A program made the translations under genes and the position numbers. From contig JADFZZ010000004.1 of assembly GCA_015232315.1 (NCBI GenBank), positions 83,414 to 115,413 on the forward strand: a stretch of DNA of 32,000 bases, written 5' to 3'. Shown one piece after another: positions 8,104 to 16,065 of the stretch. The notes beneath the pieces are model-generated. The model saw only the letters and a list, made by a program, of their open reading frames with translations. It had not been told where the DNA came from and did no database searches. The DNA is from SAR324 cluster bacterium (lineage in GTDB: Bacteria; SAR324; NAC60-12). Position 1 is the stretch's first letter. Every line of letters starts with the position of its first letter.

Positions 8104-9378
8104 CTATTCATAAAATTTGAAATTTTTCAGTTTTTTCTTTCGTGAGCGGTCTTTCCGGGCAACGGTTCCCAAACCTTTATATTTGACATAGAGCAACAAT
8201 CGATCCAACAAATCATGCTCTTTTGTGGATAAATCCATGAACTTCAGACCATAAACCCATTGTTTATTCTGTTTTTTTCTGGTCATGATCCGTCCCCCCA
8301 GGGTCAGTGGACTGGATAGTGCTTCAGATTCAATGTTGACCCACGCCCAGGTTTTGGGTTTAATTTTGAAATGGGTCAGCAATCCCACCCCTCCCACAGA
8401 CATATCCACCAGAATGCCTTCAAAATTATCATTCAGGGTATGTCCGGAAACTGGAATATTGCAGGAATGACGTGGAGCAAATCGTTGTTCCAGGAATAGT
8501 TTACGAAAAAATATTGCATGGCTAAGCAACAATCTGGCGGATTCCTGATGAGAAATAGCGTAATTGAAATTGACCAGAAGATGATCGCCCATATGAAGAC
8601 GTGTGTCCAGTCTCACGGGAAGTCGAACAGGCCCGCTTAAGGAAGGATGGACAAAATCAACAATGGTCATTTGCTTTAGATCAACCCACTTTTCCCAGGA
8701 GCCTGTTTTGATACGTGCTTCAAAAGATAAAATACTCACATGCTCAACTGTTCCATCTACAAAAAGAATACTTTCTTCGTCTGACAACCGGCAAGTCAGG
8801 CCCGAAATAAAATTATGGATGACCCCCTGAAGATGAACATCCACCAACATGGTGCTTAGCGAATAGCGAGTGTCGGTGTTGATGGTTCCGAGATAAATAT
8901 GATAACCCAATAATGGAAGATACAACACCGCAAACAGTCCATGCAGGGCAATCAACACGCTTTTAAGTCCCGGCAAATCATGCGGACGTAAAAAATAAAG
9001 GGTGATTCCCGTAATGGACATCAGTGTAATCACGACCACTGACAAGAGTAGGAACAGCCATTGTTTCACGATCATTTTATCTGAAACGATACTTTCGCCA
9101 CCTTTACCAGTGGGATTCTGCAACACAATCAGGCTCAAAATTCCGGAACCGGTCATCCAGAAAATTCCAATGGTGATATGCCACCATCGGGTATCCCGAG
9201 CTAAAAAATCTCCCACATGGCGTAGTTCAACGATTTGAGAAATCCCCAGAGTATACAGTAACAGAATCATGGTCGCATTGAACCAGTGCAACCATCGTAT
9301 ACGGGGAGCGAATCGTGAAATGATGACAGTATCCTCAGGTGCTAACAGTTCCAGTCCGATACTTGCGGCATTTGTCAT
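8104..9378 (-). CDS. Di-heme cytochrome b (FdnI/Ni-hydrogenase b-type-like, 4 TM) fused to a C-terminal PilZ c-di-GMP-binding module
   Basis: 424 aa. There are four predicted TM helices with His at 31 (RWLHWFN), 67 (WWHITIG), 146 and 160 (LHGLFA...GYHIYLG), matching the His pattern of PF01292-type cytochromes. The C-terminus has RxxxR (R299-R303) and DxSxxG (D325-G330). AAGGA SD lies 7 nt before the ATG. Confidence 0.8.
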   Translation of the reverse strand: MTNAASIGLELLAPEDTVIISRFAPRIRWLHWFNATMILLLYTLGISQIVELRHVGDFLARDTRWWHITIGIFWMTGSGILSLIVLQNPTGKGGESIVSDKMIVKQWLFLLLSVVVITLMSITGITLYFLRPHDLPGLKSVLIALHGLFAVLYLPLLGYHIYLGTINTDTRYSLSTMLVDVHLQGVIHNFISGLTCRLSDEESILFVDGTVEHVSILSFEARIKTGSWEKWVDLKQMTIVDFVHPSLSGPVRLPVRLDTRLHMGDHLLVNFNYAISHQESARLLLSHAIFFRKLFLEQRFAPRHSCNIPVSGHTLNDNFEGILVDMSVGGVGLLTHFKIKPKTWAWVNIESEALSSPLTLGGRIMTRKKQNKQWVYGLKFMDLSTKEHDLLDRLLLYVKYKGLGTVARKDRSRKKKLKNFKFYE

Positions 9379-9399
9379 GAAGGTCCTTGGAAAATATGG

Positions 9400-9960
9400 C
9401 TACAGATATTCGCCTGTGGCAACATTGTAATATTTTGAATATTCTTTACCGGTTTTGACATGACAGTCCACACACCGGACATCAGTATTATCCCGTTTCA
9501 TATCAAAATCGCCCTCATCCATCAATTGGTGTGCGTAACGGACATCAGCCTTGCTGTGATTATGACAACTAATACATTGAACTTTTCGATACGTGGTCCG
9601 GTTGGTGATATCTTGGTGGCATTCCTTGCACTTCAACGTGAAATGATATTTTTTTCCTTCGAGCACCAGAACTTTACTGTGATATAAGGCCGCAGTGGAT
9701 TGTTTCCATCCAAAAAAACTGGGTTGATGGCACAAATTACAGGTTCCCAAATCATTATGGGCTTCCGGACGATTGGTATGGCAACTGTCACAACGGCGCT
9801 GAATGCCGTAAATATTCAGTTTCAGGTCGCCCAACAATCCGCGCCCATGCCCAAACAGTCCAACGTCAAAAAATTGCTCATAGGGCGTTTCTCTTACGCG
9901 GGGATCAGTGCATGAAATGAGCAAAAAGCAGATTCCAATTATTCCAGTGATACGAAGCAT
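9400..9960 (-). CDS. Pentaheme c-type cytochrome, probable lipoprotein
   Basis: Five CxxCH motifs (CDSCH, CNLCH, CKECH, CISCH, CVDCH) in about 170 mature residues. Start at ATG 9960 gives MLRITGIIGICFLLISC, a lipobox-type signal. The ORF is open to ATG 10056, so the start is uncertain. Confidence 0.8.
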   Translation of the reverse strand: MLRITGIIGICFLLISCTDPRVRETPYEQFFDVGLFGHGRGLLGDLKLNIYGIQRRCDSCHTNRPEAHNDLGTCNLCHQPSFFGWKQSTAALYHSKVLVLEGKKYHFTLKCKECHQDITNRTTYRKVQCISCHNHSKADVRYAHQLMDEGDFDMKRDNTDVRCVDCHVKTGKEYSKYYNVATGEYL

Positions 9961-10015
9961 CAGGGGGTTTATATGAAGCAGATTACAAATTGAGAAGGCA
10001 ATGCCACAGTTTGAC

Positions 10016-10378
10016 TCAGGATTCTTCAACTTCCTGTTCCTCATCAGAATGTACATGATCCAGGACGGTAATCAAAATCAGGGAAAACAGTGCTCCTGAT
10101 ACAAAGCCTTGTCGAACAGGCCACCAATCGTGGACAAGAAACAGGTCCGATAACGCCAGAAACACAGGGACTAATCCAATTGCCACATACACCGCATTAG
10201 GGTTGCTTATTCGAACCTTGAACCGGATAAACCGGATCAAAAATGGAATGACAACGCCCCAAACAATGCCATATCCCCAGTCTGTGTTAAATCCTCCGGG
10301 AGACGGGATGCTGAAGATTAATAGAATCAGACAGGTCAGGTTGTAAGACGAAATATGAAATTTACCAATGGGAATCAT
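10016..10378 (-). CDS. Small integral membrane protein, unknown function
   Basis: 120 aa with 3-4 hydrophobic helices and an acidic tail (SDEEQEVEES). GAGGTG lies just upstream of the ATG. It is the first gene of the cytochrome cluster on the same strand. Confidence 0.55.
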   Translation of the reverse strand: MIPIGKFHISSYNLTCLILLIFSIPSPGGFNTDWGYGIVWGVVIPFLIRFIRFKVRISNPNAVYVAIGLVPVFLALSDLFLVHDWWPVRQGFVSGALFSLILITVLDHVHSDEEQEVEES

Positions 10379-10472
10379 GACACCTCAAACTCAATATTTT
10401 GAAAAAAAGAATTCTTACTTTTGCAGGTATGCTGTTTGGACGCACATGTCAATAATTAACAAAGACAAAATT

Positions 10473-10820
10473 CTATGATTCCTGGATATCGCTCAAATAA
10501 TAGCGCCACGCCGGAGCATGTTGCTCAATGTGGTGGATCAGTTTTTCAGATATTTCACGTAACAATGCGACCTGATCATCAGGATCCGGCAGATTGTAGG
10601 GTTGTATTCGTATCTGGATAGCTCCTCCAGCGGGTGTTTCTTGATTTTGTGTAACTTTAAGGAGTAATTCCTCTGGTTGAACAATATAATAGCAGGGGTG
10701 AGAATCGATGCTCTGTCCTGTTTGAACAGGTTTTCCAGATGTGGACAGCACCTCAACCAAAAATTCAAACACTTTCCGGGAAGAATCTGAATTGTCTAAA
10801 TATAAATCCCTAAACTTCAT
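10473..10820 (-). CDS. Hypothetical protein, translationally coupled to kdsB
   Basis: 115-aa ORF whose ATG overlaps the kdsB stop (ATGA, 10817-10820). Soluble-looking composition; no family recognised. Confidence 0.6.
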   Translation of the reverse strand: MKFRDLYLDNSDSSRKVFEFLVEVLSTSGKPVQTGQSIDSHPCYYIVQPEELLLKVTQNQETPAGGAIQIRIQPYNLPDPDDQVALLREISEKLIHHIEQHAPAWRYYLSDIQES

Positions 10821-11572
10821 GCTGGAGTTTCCTTTGTCTTGTGGGAGTTGTTCATTAAAAAACGCTCCACTTTAAGGATGTCGTCTGGATGATCCACACC
10901 AATCCCCTCAAATTTTGCGGGAACGCACAAAATCGGGTATCCACGTTCCAATATTCTTAGTTGTTCCAGTGATTCAGTGCTTTCCAGTTGAGTTTGAGGC
11001 CATTTACTGAATGCCAGCAGAAAATCTTTCCGGTAAAAATATATACCAAGATGTTTCCACATGGATTGCGGAGGGTGCCGGGGATAAGGAATTGCGGCTC
11101 TGGAAAAATACAAGGCATGGTTGTTCTGATTTAAAACAACCTTGACTACATTCGGATTATTAAAGTGTGTCTCCTCTGTGATCGGGAAAATCAAGGTTGA
11201 TATTGGACACTCACCTGTCCCCATTGTGGTTTCTACCAGGTTATTCAAATCATCTGGAGAAATGACCGGTTCGTCCCCCTGAACATTCAAGATCCATTCG
11301 CAGGATAGATGTTGTGCGGCTTCAGCCAGACGATCCGTTCCCGTAGAGTGATCGGGGCTGGTCATGATGACTTCTCCGCCAAAATCTTTTACAACCCGGG
11401 CAATTCGCTCATCATCCGTGGCAACCATCACCTTTTCAATTCCTGATTGTGTGACCTGTTGATATACACGCTGGATCATTGGCAGGCCCATGATCTTCAC
11501 CAGGGGTTTTCCGGGAAATCGTGTAGATGCGTAGCGAGCTGGAATAATGGCGACAACCTTATGAAATGTCAT
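10817..11572 (-). CDS. kdsB: 3-deoxy-manno-octulosonate cytidylyltransferase (CMP-KDO synthetase)
   Basis: 251 aa with N-terminal AIIPARYASTRFPGKPL and IxGxPMIQRVY, plus NVQGDEP and the expected length. Confidence 0.9.
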   Translation of the reverse strand: MTFHKVVAIIPARYASTRFPGKPLVKIMGLPMIQRVYQQVTQSGIEKVMVATDDERIARVVKDFGGEVIMTSPDHSTGTDRLAEAAQHLSCEWILNVQGDEPVISPDDLNNLVETTMGTGECPISTLIFPITEETHFNNPNVVKVVLNQNNHALYFSRAAIPYPRHPPQSMWKHLGIYFYRKDFLLAFSKWPQTQLESTESLEQLRILERGYPILCVPAKFEGIGVDHPDDILKVERFLMNNSHKTKETPA

Positions 11573-12063
11573 GATCAGTCTCAGAGCCAGGTTGAACAGA
11601 ATATTGGTGGTATTTGTATAAAATCCCTCATGAAAGCTATTCTTACAGAAATCCTTGAGGAGTGTCTATTCTAAAATTTGAGATTTTATGGCGCACATAT
11701 TGTCATCCATTGTGCATTTTATGTCATATGTTTCACGTTATTATCATTCGATGTAATTTAATAACATCAAATTAAGCCATAATATTTGTTCTGAGATTCA
11801 TGTTTTTAATATTTACCAGAGACAACTACGCAAAAATTTGGGCATTAAAAATATTACTAATATAATCAATAATTTGATTGTGTTTGTTTCAAAGAAACAG
11901 GGAATATAAAATATTGTTAAAAATAGTTAAAATTTATTTTTTTTAAGTAAAAAATTGTTAGATTGGCATGAATATTGAGTTAGTGAATCCGTCATGTTTA
12001 ATTCAGGATTGACTCGCAATGAATGTGAGTCATGTATGAATAACCCCAACAAAGGATGGATAT

Positions 12064-13095
12064 ATGATAAAAAAAATCGCAATTACCTCAATGGCTGCTT
12101 TTTTGAGTCTGTCTGTGGCAAATGCTAAATGTCTGGACCAACAGGAAACCAAATTATGTTTGGGTGGTGAAGTAGCCGGCGCATTACAAATCAGTTCCAG
12201 TGATAATGGCACAACATCATCATCTCATATTGCTACTCCTGGAAGAGCTGAGTTGACTGCGAATATTGTGTTACCAGAAAACAATGGCTGGCAAACAGAA
12301 GCCTATTATACCATTAGCTCTGACTCTAATGAAAAGCTGGATGACTATCGGATCAAGGTTTCTTCCGGTAATGTGTCAATTCTGGCTGGACGAGATGGCA
12401 TTGGCTACGTCAAACAAGGACAAAACTATGTGACAGAAATGGGATCAACCACTGTCGGAACCTATGGTGATGGAACGCTGCTCAATGATAACAATCTGGC
12501 GCTGGAATATAGAGTCAATGAGAATTTCGCAATGCGTGGTGGCTTGAGTTATGAGGCCTATGAAGCCGTTGCGGCACAGGCCGAAGTCCTCGATAGTACG
12601 ACGGGTGCCGTGATCACTCCGGCTCAGGATGCTATAAATGCTGATGCCATGGCCTTGGCGCTGGTGGCTGAAGCTAACGTTGCCGGCTTGGGATTTGGAC
12701 TTGAATTTGAAACCAAATCTTATGGCGAACCTGCGGATGCTCCAACAGGGTTTACCGCACCTGATGGGCAAACCACATTGACTGTTGGTCTGCAATATAC
12801 AATTGCTGACAAGTACACTCCCTACCTGAACTATGGATCTTTCACACAGAATGCTGATGTGACTGAAACAGGAATTGATTTTGGTGTTGACGCCAATCTG
12901 GATGTGGTCGGACTGACCGTTGGTATGGAAAATTATGACAGTGGAATTGATGGTGCTGACACAACAAGCAGCATATACCTGGGCGTGATCGCTGGTGTGT
13001 TTGGTGATACACAGGTTGGATTTCAATATCAAACCAGCACTACGGGTGATATTTCATCCAGTGAAACAATGGTTGAGTTATATAGCACATTCTAA
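12064..13095 (+). CDS. Outer-membrane beta-barrel / porin-like protein
   Basis: 343 aa. The signal peptide ends in ANA|K. The sequence shows alternating amphipathic strands rich in G/Y/T/D and a C-terminal ...ELYSTF with terminal Phe (OMP signature). AAGGA SD is present. Confidence 0.7.
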   Translation: MIKKIAITSMAAFLSLSVANAKCLDQQETKLCLGGEVAGALQISSSDNGTTSSSHIATPGRAELTANIVLPENNGWQTEAYYTISSDSNEKLDDYRIKVSSGNVSILAGRDGIGYVKQGQNYVTEMGSTTVGTYGDGTLLNDNNLALEYRVNENFAMRGGLSYEAYEAVAAQAEVLDSTTGAVITPAQDAINADAMALALVAEANVAGLGFGLEFETKSYGEPADAPTGFTAPDGQTTLTVGLQYTIADKYTPYLNYGSFTQNADVTETGIDFGVDANLDVVGLTVGMENYDSGIDGADTTSSIYLGVIAGVFGDTQVGFQYQTSTTGDISSSETMVELYSTF

Positions 13096-13113
13096 CCATT
13101 CAAGTGGTTCTGC

Positions 13114-13141
13114 GATAACCCGTAGTCCCCCACGGGTTATC
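13114..13141. terminator. Perfect 10-bp stem / 8-nt loop hairpin between convergent genes (candidate bidirectional terminator)
   Basis: GATAACCCGT-agtccccc-ACGGGTTATC, 19 nt after the porin stop. There is no clear U-tract on either strand. Confidence 0.5.
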
Positions 13142-13242
13142 TTAACCACTCAGTTCGGTTGGTTTACCAGTCGACCTGCCACCTTCCTGAAAGTAGCCTG
13201 ATCAAATTCAATGTTCTGACCCGACCAAACCGTTTCCGTTCA

Positions 13243-14517
13243 CTATTGTGCAGCTTGAGCCAACGCTTGTTCCAGATCTGCGACAATGTCATCAATATGC
13301 TCAATACCAATACAAAGCCGTATCATATCAGCGGTGACACCGGCTGACGTCAGTTCGGTTTCTGACAACTGTCTGTGTGTCGTTGATGCCGGATGCGCCG
13401 CTAATGACTTGGCATCCCCGATATTGACCAGACGTTTGAATAATTTGAGAGCATCATAAAATTTGACAGCGGATTCATAACCACCCTTGATTCCAAAAGA
13501 CATCAAGGCTGACGGTCGCCCCTTCGTATATTTTTGCGCGAGTTCATAATACGGCGAATCTGGAAGTGCCGCAAATTTAACCCAGGCAACCCTAGGATGT
13601 TGTTTTAAATATTTTGCCGCGGCCAGGGCATTGTCACAATGGCGTTCCATGCGCAATGGAAGGGTCTCGATTCCCTGTAAAATCAGAAACGCGTTCATCG
13701 GACTGATGGCAGAACCTGTATTTCTCAAGGGAACAGTACGGGCTCTTGCGATATAGGCGGCTGGTCCCATCGCGGCCGTATAAACCACACCATGATAGGA
13801 AGGTTCCGGCTTGTTCAACACAGGAAATCTTTCAGGGTATTTTTCCCAGGGGAATTTTCCGGAATCCACAATGAGTCCTCCCAGTGAATTTCCATGCCCG
13901 CCCATATATTTGGTCAGTGAGTAAACTACTATGGAAGCACCATAGTCAATTGGCCTGATGATAGCCGGAGCAACGGTGTTATCCACAATCAATGGTATTC
14001 CATGTTTTTGTGCCATTTTCGCAAGGGCTTCAATATCCACAATATTGCCTGCCGGATTGCCGATGCTTTCGCAATAGACAGCAACAGTTTTATCATCTAT
14101 CAAGGCTTCAAGGCTGGCGGCACTGTCATCCTTTGCAAAACGCACATCAATTCCCTGCTTGGGGAGCATGTGGGCAAACAAAGTATAGGTTCCGCCATAA
14201 AGCATGGGAACAGAAACAATATTGTTACCTTGTTCAGCAATCGTCAGAATGGAGTAATTGATTGCGGCACTGCCTGAACTGACCGCAAGTCCGGCAATTC
14301 CGCCATCCAGCGCAGCCACTCTTTTTTCCAGAACATCCGCAGTCGGATTCATGATTCTGGTATAAATATTTCCGGGAACCGCCAGGTTGAATAAATCAGC
14401 TCCATGCTGGGCGTTGTCAAATTCATAGGCGACTGTCTGATAAATGGGCACGGCCACAGATTTTGTGGTCGGATCTGTTTGATAACCGGCATGAATGGAT
14501 ATTGTTTCTGGTTTCAT
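13243..14517 (-). CDS. metY: O-acetylhomoserine (thiol)-lyase / sulfhydrylase, PLP-dependent
   Basis: 424 aa with N-terminal ETISIHAGY...PIYQTVAYEF...GNIYTRIMNPT and the PLP-lysine region SLTKYMGGHG, typical of MetY/Cys-Met metabolism enzymes. Confidence 0.9.
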   Translation of the reverse strand: MKPETISIHAGYQTDPTTKSVAVPIYQTVAYEFDNAQHGADLFNLAVPGNIYTRIMNPTADVLEKRVAALDGGIAGLAVSSGSAAINYSILTIAEQGNNIVSVPMLYGGTYTLFAHMLPKQGIDVRFAKDDSAASLEALIDDKTVAVYCESIGNPAGNIVDIEALAKMAQKHGIPLIVDNTVAPAIIRPIDYGASIVVYSLTKYMGGHGNSLGGLIVDSGKFPWEKYPERFPVLNKPEPSYHGVVYTAAMGPAAYIARARTVPLRNTGSAISPMNAFLILQGIETLPLRMERHCDNALAAAKYLKQHPRVAWVKFAALPDSPYYELAQKYTKGRPSALMSFGIKGGYESAVKFYDALKLFKRLVNIGDAKSLAAHPASTTHRQLSETELTSAGVTADMIRLCIGIEHIDDIVADLEQALAQAAQ

Positions 14518-14550
14518 AGTCTAATGAACTCCTAAGTTTAAGTTGAAAAT

Positions 14551-15609
14551 TCAGACAGTTTTTCCGGAACTGTCCGGTCGGACCAGCGGATGAGGATGAT
14601 CAAACGCGGTTTTTTGATAGACAAGGCCCAGCCAGTTGTTAAAAATGGCTTTTCCTGTGTCTCTCCAGGTATTATCAAGATAAGGTTCAATCCTTTGCTC
14701 AGGAAAGGGAGGAATGGGGGTTCCTTTTTCTTTGGCAATAAACACCATGAGTTTGTATTGTTCCGCAATGCTTTGGGCTTCAGGACTGAAATAATTTTCC
14801 GGGGAAGGCGGATAATCAGGTCGTTTTCCATCCAGAAATAACAGAATTTCACGTTTATATTCTTTCAGCAGACTGTTGCTGTCATATTCAGGATGTCCCT
14901 GTAGAAAGAAAATTCTGAAATTATCAGGACTGACGGCCATGTTAACCCCTCCATCCAGAGATTCGACCAGAATCTTCAATCCTGCCTTTTCGAGTTGTTC
15001 CCTCAAAAGGGTGTTGTATCTGGATTGCGGGACATCAAACCGGGTGTTGATATCTCTCAGGACAGGATGTTCCACCTGGGTGATCCGATGGCTATAAACG
15101 CCCCATAGTTTTTGTGGCAGCATGTATCGATCAATATTATACAGATGCTTCACCAGCGCATGCGTCGAAAGGCAGGAACAAAGCACGGAGGCCACATTTT
15201 CAGTAGCCCAACTGATGACTTCTTTCAGCGTATGCCAGAATGGTTGTTGCTCCAGCATGGGGCTGGCGACATTTGCGCCAGTGATGATCAGGGCATCAAG
15301 CCCCTGTTTTTTGACGCTCTCAAAGGATGTGTAAAAATTATTGATATAATCCTGGGTATCTTTTCCACGGGCAAGACCTGGAATTGAAAAGGGATGAATG
15401 TAAAACTGCGCAATCTGGTTACAACTGCCAATCAATCGCATGAATTGACGTTCGGTCGCCTGTAGTGCCGCATCAGGCATCATATTCAGCAGTCCAATAT
15501 TTAACTCTCTGATATCCTGATGCAGAGCATCTTTTAAAGACAGGACGTCCTGACCTTGTACACGTAATTGATCAAAAGTTGGCAATTGGCTATGTGCGAC
15601 TAAAGGCAT
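14551..15609 (-). CDS. metA: Homoserine O-acyltransferase (MetA family; succinyl versus acetyl not resolvable)
   Basis: 352 aa with IGLLNMMP, active-site region CSCLSTHA and GHPEYD. It lies directly upstream of metY on the same strand. Confidence 0.88.
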   Translation of the reverse strand: MPLVAHSQLPTFDQLRVQGQDVLSLKDALHQDIRELNIGLLNMMPDAALQATERQFMRLIGSCNQIAQFYIHPFSIPGLARGKDTQDYINNFYTSFESVKKQGLDALIITGANVASPMLEQQPFWHTLKEVISWATENVASVLCSCLSTHALVKHLYNIDRYMLPQKLWGVYSHRITQVEHPVLRDINTRFDVPQSRYNTLLREQLEKAGLKILVESLDGGVNMAVSPDNFRIFFLQGHPEYDSNSLLKEYKREILLFLDGKRPDYPPSPENYFSPEAQSIAEQYKLMVFIAKEKGTPIPPFPEQRIEPYLDNTWRDTGKAIFNNWLGLVYQKTAFDHPHPLVRPDSSGKTV

Positions 15610-15990
15610 GGTACCTTTTCACATAAAATGTTTTCAAATCAGATGTTCAGCCATGGTGTTGCCGCGAACACTCATTGACTGATACCTCAACGATATAGGG
15701 TTGTTTATGGGTATTTTCAGGAGAGATAACGTCCACTCAGACTGAAAACCAAATAATGGAAGACAATGAACCATATCGAAATGATACTGTCGAGAAAAAT
15801 GGTTGAAAATTAAATGTGTGATTGACATTCTCTTTGGGATAACACAATAACAGATAAAATGACTGTTGATAAACCCTGAAAACATAATTTACGGTTCAAT
15901 CCCATCAAATTGTCTTAATGTATTCGACGGATTGGATGCCTGTGATACAGGTGTTTTTCAATGAATGATGGATATTGACCGCAATATTAA

Positions 15991-16031
15991 GTACCCGATC
16001 AAAAGTTATTTAACATTTTTGATCGGGGTAC
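15991..16031. promoter_or_regulatory. 41-bp near-perfect palindrome (candidate operator)
   Basis: GTACCCGATCAAAA-N12-TTTTGATCGGGGTAC: 14-bp arms with one extra G in the right arm. It ends 35 bp upstream of the usp ATG. Confidence 0.45.
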
Positions 16032-16038
16032 TTATACA
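16010..16038 (+). promoter_or_regulatory. Candidate sigma70-type promoter for usp-glg
   Basis: TTAACA (16010-16015), a 17-nt spacer, then TATACA (16033-16038), about 28 nt upstream of the ATG. It is embedded in the palindrome loop and right arm. Confidence 0.35.
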
Positions 16039-16065
16039 AATTTAAAAACCAATTGAAGGTTAGTT

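Noticed and set aside
9961-10056. Longer N-terminus for the pentaheme cytochrome (ATG 10056 or 10044).
   Set aside because: It would put about 49 residues before the lipobox Cys and overlap the upstream gene by 41 nt. ATG 9960 gives a canonical 17-residue lipoprotein signal. No start has a clear SD, so the uncertainty is flagged in the feature.
10424-10452. TTGACA hexamer on the minus strand upstream of the cytochrome cluster, as a possible -35.
   Set aside because: The best -10 at 17-nt spacing is TACCTG, a poor match. The evidence is insufficient to call a promoter.
12445-13032. 195-aa ORF antisense to the porin-like gene. Similar long antisense ORFs occur at 16321-16803, 17924-18538, 19285-19773, 19774-20406, 21282-21719 and 7469-7948.
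   Set aside because: Each is fully nested opposite a gene with strong family motifs. Their compositions are Cys/His/Ser/Arg-skewed and not protein-like, so I treat them as shadow ORFs.
15634-15885. 83-aa ORF in the metA upstream region.
   Set aside because: Its composition is odd (Cys/His/Phe/Ile-rich), it has no SD, and it fits no family. It is more likely non-coding leader or promoter DNA.
15610-15900. Possible SAM riboswitch upstream of metA-metY.
   Set aside because: Reading the minus strand, I could not find SAM-I core elements or the SAM-II/V pseudoknot signature. I do not call a riboswitch; the region is kept only as an open question in the findings.
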